DNA of 58,851 nt, counting the filler, from Bipalium vagum (taxonomy: Eukaryota), in assembly GCA_037834085.1 (NCBI GenBank). It is 3 parts of 3 records of this genome, joined end to end, with 100 filler letters (N's around TTAATTAATTAA, not from the genome) between each part and the next. Parts side by side here need not be neighbours in the genome. Positions count along the whole stretch, not along the records: positions 38,573 to 58,851 come from JBBMKC010256508.1; 2 more parts are not named here. One strand, given 5' to 3'. Shown here in pieces: positions 51,734 through 58,851 of this stretch (within the stretch, counting starts at the first letter, position 1; every line of letters starts with the position of its first letter). A program made the position numbers and the translations under genes. The notes under the pieces are model-generated. The model ran no database searches and was not told the DNA's origin. It saw only the letters and a list, made by a program, of their open reading frames with translations.

Positions 51734-53596
51734 GATATTCTTGTTTCACTTAAAAGAAATAACTTCTTTCATAAAATAGAGATTAATTTTGAAATAACAA
51801 AAAAAATAGATTTGAATTAGTGAGAATCAATGATTAAAGTGAGCATTTTTGTAAAAGTTAGCTATTCAGTAAGAGACAACAAGTTATTTTTATTCTTATT
51901 GATTAATTCTATAATTATCGATTAATTTTATTTTCATCAATATTATCAATATTTCTGTTGATGACACTAAATTGTTCTTGATGTTCTTTTTCTAATTAAA
52001 TAATCAAAAACTTTGCAAGCTAGTATTGCTTAATTGCGAATGCTCACTAATACTTATTCTGAGGCGACCCAGTATCACCGTGAGCCAATTAAATGGCAAC
52101 TGAAACAATATTAGTAGCAACAGTGAAGATGAAGAATGGAATTAATTGAATTGTGCTGGTTAAAACGAAATGTTCATGATCAATAATTTTAAAAAATAAT
52201 AAAATAATTAAAGCAACATTGATGACGGTGATGAAAATAATTACAAATCATTATTTCCTAATATTAAATTCAAAGATTAATATGTAAAGTGGTAACTGTA
52301 GAAATTCAAAGATTGGTAGCGCTTTCAAAGATTAATTAAACCAAATTATTTTAACTAATTTAAATGAAAAAAAATTTTTTTAATGAAAATGGATTTCAAC
52401 AAATCTAAATGTGTCAATTTAAAATTAATACATTTTTAATCAATAAAGAACATATCAAAGTTAAATGGAAAAGGAAAATCTTTAATTATTTATAACAGCC
52501 GAGAAATTATTTTCCTTACATTTCTGTTGGAATCAACAGTTCTGGAGTTTTCCAATTTCCCAAATGATGATTGTTTCAATGCGTTGGTCGAATTATTTGA
52601 TTGGCTGACGATATTAACTTTGTGCGCTGGACGTTGAAACGCGTTTCGTGTGCCCGCAATGTCTTGGAAAAAAAGACTCACAATGATGATAGATGAATAA
52701 AATTTTATTTATAGTCTATTATGTAATTGGTAATATCAATGATATTTTTATTGTATTAATATTTTTACCAATACCAAAAATAAAAATACTGATAATAAGA
52801 ATAANNNNNNNNNNNNNNNNNNNNNNNNNNNNNNNNNNNNNNNNNNNNNNNNNNNNNNNNNNNNNNNNNNNNNNNNNNNNNNNNNNNNNNNNNNNNNNNN
52901 NNNNNNNNNNNNNNNNNNNNNNNNNNNNNNNNNNNNNNNNNNNNNNNNNNNNNNNNNNNNNNNNNNNNNNNNNNNNNNNNNNNNNNNNNNNNNNNNNTAA
53001 TCAATAATGGAAAAACGGAAAATAAAACTTCTCCAGTAAAGTCTTCTTTTTCAATTTACTGATTTCTAAAGACGACAATTTTTCATTGAACAACATTTAC
53101 ATTTAATTGTCAACATGAATCCAAACAGATTTTTAATCTTAGAAAAGAGAAACAAGTTTACTCGAGCTTAATCGATGCATGAACAAATTTACAGAAAATA
53201 AATTTTAAATAATCTCCTTTTTGTTTAAAACAGAAAAACTTTCCTTTTAAGTCATTCATTAAAAATGTTGGGAGATGGAAGAAAATTGAGTGGAGAAAAT
53301 CCATTGCTCATTGGATTTTATTGTCGAAATATCAGTGAATTTCGGTTCACATGGTTTGATATTAATAATTATTGATATCGTCTTGTTGATATTATGACTT
53401 ATTTATGTTGATCCCTATTTTTATTTGATATTGTGGTTATTATTAATTTAATTATTTAAAATTTTTTCAAAATAAAATAATAAAAAAGTCATAAATAATA
53501 TCTATTATTACCATTTACAGCTTTGTTCATGCTACTGCTCACCAGAGTCTTCGATAGATTTTCATTAAAGTTTGATTTTTTATCGTTTTCAGAAAT
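44785..53596 (-). CDS. Uncharacterised multi-exon gene (Ser/Asn/Thr-rich, probably disordered protein); partial model
   Basis: Phase-compatible AG/GT-bounded open exons, GC-richer than their flanks: 53512-53596 (ISENDKK...AVN), 52520-52662 (DIAGTRNAFQRPAHK...SNRN), 46746-46961 (RVVQSAYNS...GGSKA), 44785-44987 (NMQSRSLSGQ...NRNCV). No family recognised; start and end unresolved. Confidence 0.55.
47933..48842 (+). mobile_element. Internally deleted mariner element
   Basis: TA-TTGGGTTGTTCCGAAAGTTCTTT ... AAAGAACTTCGGGACATCCCAA TIRs; MDIKKEHLRHIILFYF, WIPHELKE and GWDLLSYPSYSPVMAPLDHYLFLSLQN (YSPDLAP.DY motif). Confidence 0.9.
49600..50660 (-). mobile_element. Degenerate mariner transposase
   Basis: FASLIVFLF...LETYGSNTH*ETTIYNWIRQFSFGRNHLFNE (HTH) and ILHDTVPVHTA (HDNA..H motif). 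Confidence 0.6.
51217..51699. mobile_element. Tigger/pogo-type non-autonomous element (one end lost in a gap)
   Basis: Right end GGTGTTCATTTATGCGGGTTTCACTG-TA; subterminal GGTGTTCAAATT/ACAGG repeats. Confidence 0.6.
51700..51730. repeat. (AAT)n microsatellite
   Basis: Direct observation. Confidence 0.9.
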
Positions 53597-55799
53597 CTAC
53601 CATGAAACATTTGAAAATTAATCCAATAAAAATATTAATAATTTTCCTTATTATTTATTTTTATTTCTCAATTCAAGTGACAAAAAGGGATCACTGTTTT
53701 ATTAGATAAATGAATATGAACATTCTCATAAGATGGCAGGAGAATTCTCATTTAATTACATTAACTAAAATTAAAAATATTAATAATAATAATAACCAAT
53801 GAAAAAATTCTTTTGAAATAATGATCAAATAATAATTTTTCCAACACTTAATTTTTTAAATTTTCATTAAATTTTGTCCATACCTCTTTCTTAATTATTC
53901 ATTATTATTGATAATATTTTTAATATGTTATATAATTATTTATTTATAATTATAATTATAATAATTATTTATATATTATTGATAATATTTTATATTAACT
54001 CCTTTACAGGTCAATACCTTTTACAAGTCAAAAACATTTATTGAATCGTACCATAAATAGTTTCACAGAAATTGTATCACAAAAATGTTTCCATAATACC
54101 TCGTTCCAGTAATGCTACTTGGTAACTTTAACAAGTACGGCGCTACACAAGAAATTTATTTAAAACAAATTATTATACCGAATAAGAAAACAAACAACAA
54201 TTTATTAATAATTTGCCGACTTCGACTAGAGTCCTTTGATAATCTATCCGGGTCTTTGCGATAAAACATTAAAAACCTTTAATATAAATCATAATATCTT
54301 TCATTTGATTTCAATTATTTTATTTTTTATTATTATTATCAACCTTTATTATATTTATTATTGTAAATAATGTACAATTTCAAAATATTTATAACCATAT
54401 ATATTATATAATATTATTAGTATTTAATATTTAGTTTCTTATTTAATAATTTCTTTAATTACGTTGTATTTATTATATACTTTATACATATTATATATTT
54501 ATACATATAAAAATGATAATTTGTGCCAATATTCCAAAGTATGTTACATTTTTATTAATTTTGTTCCATTTTAATTACATAAAATAATGCCTTTGATTAT
54601 AAAAATCGATAAAATAAATCAATCAATTTTTCTTCCCGAAATACATAAAAGATTCCATTCCAAAATTGCCCAACAAACATAATAAAAAAATGTTTTTTAT
54701 ACTTTATTTATTATTTCAATGAAAAATGTTCAACTAGATTGAATTTATTTATTCATTTTTATCTGACAAAAATTAAAAATCTAAAATTAATAATGATTTA
54801 TTGATAAATTTATGATTTATCAATTTAAAAAGCCTTCACAATTCTGAAATTTATTTCGCCAATAATTTAAAAGATAAAATCATTAGAGTTCAATTTTTTT
54901 CTTTTTTTCTAATTTTTAATTACTTTCATAAAAAGAGGAAAATGTCCAAGAAGATAAACTTCACAGTTATGTACGATTTGGTTTCATATTTTCGAATCAC
55001 TATCACAGATTCCGTCCGCTAGATGGCATTGTCAATAATTTATTCAATTTAATTAACCAATGGCAAAACAAAAATAAATACTTTTTTTACAGATATTCTA
55101 AAAATATTTTAGAGAAAAATCATTAAAAATAATTTTTTTTATTTTTTATTTTACATTTCTTTCATTTTTTAGGTGACTACAAGACTCAATATTAAAATTG
55201 ATCACATTTTTAACTATACTAAGTAAACTAATTAAATTTATTTAAAATGTTAATTAATTTATTATAACAAATATTTATAATATTTAAATTCTTTCTAAAG
55301 CATTCCAGTAATTAATATAAATAATATTTTAATAAATCTATATTATGTATATATAAAATAATAATAATAATTTAATACATGTAAAATGGCTACGATTAAA
55401 ACTTATATTTAAAAAACCAGATTACACAATATATTTAATTTTCTAAATCAAAAATAACATTTATCTAGAATAAATATTTATAAGTTAAAAAGATTATTTT
55501 CACAGTAAAGAATTAACTTTCTATCAATTAAGAAGGTAGTGCATAAAATATTTTTTTCAGTATTACAGTAAGAAAGATTATTGTCACAACGATTATTTGC
55601 ACCATAATAAAAATAAAAGCACCTTAAAAGAAGCTAAATGATGTGTGAAAAATTTTATTCAATAATAATAAGTGCTTTTCTTATTTTGGTAGGCCCGCCA
55701 CGTTTTTCTTTATCCCAATTGTAATTCATTGAGCGTCTGGAGGTGGCTTAACATATTTTAAACAGATAGCCATACCACCTTAATGTTGACATTGCACAA

Positions 55800-56105
55800 T
55801 TTTTAAAGAATTTCGGGCAATTACAATAAATCCATAAATCAATAGAGGCAGAGCACTGTGTACTCATGTCTTTTATTTTATCACAGCGATAATATTGCTT
55901 CGCACCCTCTTCGTTTCTGTTCTTATAATACTTACACCATGTTTTTACCTTTTTTATTCCCATTTCAGCAGTAGTCCTATCATTGAAAGTGTCTTTCAAA
56001 GTCCATGGTCTTAATATTCGCGTCTTTCAATAGTTATTGTTTTTATTTGAGCGATGCCATTGATATCTGAATCTGACAAGTAATTGGGTATTGTTGAACT
56101 CATAT
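55800..56105 (-). mobile_element. MULE-like transposase N-terminal (WRKY/FLYWCH-like) fragment
   Basis: KTWCKYYKNRNEEGAKQYYRCDKIKDMSTQCSASIDL: G.K.YYRC...QC.A.I pattern. Confidence 0.5.
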
Positions 56106-58851
56106 TTTCAAATATTTAATTTTCTATTTATAAAAGATTTTAAGCAATTAATAGATATTATGATTTTTTAACTGTGAAAATAAATTAGAACTGAGAAATT
56201 AAGTTATCAATATCTGTTTTTTGCCTTAATTTAATGAACTATGAAATTAAATTTTTCACTGTGCACTTAAATTCAGTGATTTAAAATCATTTTGAAAATA
56301 TGTTTGATTAAATTGCATGGAATAAATTGATTGTGAACGGAAAACATGTAGAGACGTCGTCAATAGCGAGTCATGTCACCACGCCTTAAGAAAACACCAT
56401 GGGATTCTTGGATGGCATACTATTAATGAGAAGATCTATTTCTCCTTCAGGTATGTCACTCCAAATGTATACTGGGCTGATTTTTTATTTCATTCATTCA
56501 TTGCATTTAATTAATTAGAAAATGTCTTACCCCTGTTTCGGTGTTTTTTCTATCCATCGTGTAATCGGACATTTCATATGACACAACCTAATACAAACAG
56601 AAAACTTTATTTCCCCATAGAATACCAAGTTACGTGAAACCCAACTACCGTTTTGTTGAGAAAATATAAACATTTTGCTTGTTCAGTTTTCATCATAAGG
56701 ATATTTGTTGATTTCCGAACTTGTTTTAATATAACGCTCGGCATTTCTCATTATAGTACAACATAATACCGTACTTTATCCGTAGCAGCTTACGATCATA
56801 ATATCCAGAAAAGGAAAAAGTGTGCAATAAAGTTGTTTTGAAATTATTGCAAAAGCATCATTAATTCTGCCCGCTCATTTAGAACTCATTTATGTATGAA
56901 AAATAAATATCGTATCATTGTGGAGATTTGAGGGAATTAAACCACTTATGGGTCAGAGTTTCCGGGATCAAATGGAGACATCAGATGATATTTATGTTGG
57001 CAAAGAAAATATTTGTTAGCCTTCCTTATTGGGTGGAAACATTTTTCTTCACGAAAAGAATACTTTTATATATATCTGAGAGCTCATGAAACTGTCTTTG
57101 CCAGAAAATATGATAAAGTGAATTTTTTAATTCCTTAGGAAGAAAGCGGCGAATTCATAAATATTTAAAATATTATTTTAATGACAGGGAGATACTTTAT
57201 CGATTTTTTCAAAATTCGAAATTGCATTTCCTAAAGATTTCAGACAAAATAACTAAAATGATTTAAGAATTAATTAGATGAAGCCCAATAAAGAAGCTTA
57301 ACAGCTTAGCTCTCTATTTCTTCGTGGTCTTAACGAATTTTCAATCAAATTGATATTTTTAATAAAAAATAATAGAAACACATTTTTTAAAGTGAATTTT
57401 TTAATTATAACATCAATTTTGTCTGGTTTTCTCGCAAAAAACTGCTACCGATCGATTCGAATGTTTTATTGATATTGTTGGAAAATAATAAAAAAAATAT
57501 TATAATAATCCAAATTTCTAAATAGTTTTACATTTATATTTTTCTTTTTGAAAATTTTGAATTAAATTTATGAAATTATAATACATCATATTTTTTGTAA
57601 AAAGAACTTTTCAGCATTTATTTCGTCTTTTAATATTTTTTCACTCTTAATACAAAATTTATGAATCAATAAAAATATAAATAAATGTTTAAAAGAAATA
57701 ACTAATTTTAACGAAACCATATTTGGGTGAAAATTTAAATGTAATAATAATAATGTTAATTAAAATCTTAAATATGATTGGTTGAATAAATGTATTATTA
57801 AATTCACTATTAGATCATTCGGGTTTGGAATTGATTTATTTTAAATTACTTTTTATATTTTTTTCTTGATAATATATGATCTTAAAGAATAATCAAAAGA
57901 TAAATTTTATAATCTTTTTGAGTCGGCACAATTTCCTTTTCTACATCTCCATCAACAATAAAAAATATTTTTTCCATATCAACAGAAGCAGAGTAAAGTA
58001 AATTATGTCAAATTAAATCAATTTTAAAGATACAAAATATGACAAAAATAATTGATTAACAATTTCGGCTTGTTTGTTTTGGTATTTGACATTTTTTAAA
58101 AATATTTAGAAAAGTATTTATTCTTGGTTGTATTTTATTGAGCCCATTAGTAGATCAATAAAAACATTAATTTCTATTCATCATTATTTGTTTGTGAGAC
58201 ATAAACGTAGAAAATTCTTAATCGAAATTTTAGATTTTCCATTTAATGTCCTAAAAGAATAAAATGAAACTTTGAAAATTCAAAACTTAAAAAGATTCCA
58301 TATTTTACTTTATAAAAATCGATATATCGATTTGTACGCAAACATTAGTAAATGAGACGAAGTTGTTTATAAAATAATATAAATGGGCCATTTCATCAAT
58401 ATTCAATCATTTTTAACCGATAATTTAGTGAGTTTTTGTATTAGAATGTCTATCAAGTCGGTGCACTTTACTTAAATGTGTAAACTCTAATAAATTAGTA
58501 ATATTTTATATATGTAAATATATCACAATGGTGTAAAAGAATTGATAATTTTCTTGATATTTGTAATGAAATTAAAATTATTCTCGTTGAAACACCCTTC
58601 GAATTTTTCCGGCATACAGTTAAACAAACAATTAATTAATTAATTTAAAGATAATTTATATTATGTCATTGGTCAATAAAAATACATTTTACTGCCAAAC
58701 ACGTGCGACTGGAAAATGTAATTAGGAAATTTGGCAAAAGAAAATATTTTTATTCCTAAACCATTACTGCATATTATTTTTATTAATAAATAATCATGTT
58801 TATTTTTAATTTTTTTATGAAAGATTAATTAAAATAAATAATAATAAATAA

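Noticed and set aside
56330-57400. Possible Chapaev-like transposase remnant (CGDL motif)
   Set aside because: Only a 4-residue resemblance amid stops; insufficient support.

Overview
Very AT-rich eukaryotic genomic DNA with GT-AG spliceosomal introns, (AAT)n tracts and assembly gaps. Composition and intron style suggest an invertebrate such as a triclad flatworm, but that is inference. One gene is clearly identifiable: a 14-exon AP-1 complex gamma subunit (AP1G1-like, about 868 aa) on the minus strand at 2602-17825. I reconstructed its exons by hand, and all splice phases are compatible. A second, unrecognised multi-exon gene for a Ser/Asn-rich protein probably lies on the minus strand at about 39.3-54 kb. 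The rest is mostly decayed mobile elements: Ty3/gypsy LTR retrotransposons, R2/NeSL-type non-LTR fragments, Tc1/mariner, pogo/Tigger, hAT, MULE-like elements and MITEs. The most unusual observations are three. (1) A tRNA-Ala(CGC)-derived Pol III unit with an 11-bp extended stem lies inside a TIR-bounded pogo transposon. (2) A divergent pair of secreted PAN/apple-domain pseudogenes share an in-frame stop. (3) An LTR carries a 24-bp CRE-containing tandem array. I cannot establish a new multi-gene system from sequence alone. TE family assignments come from motif recognition by eye, not database searches.
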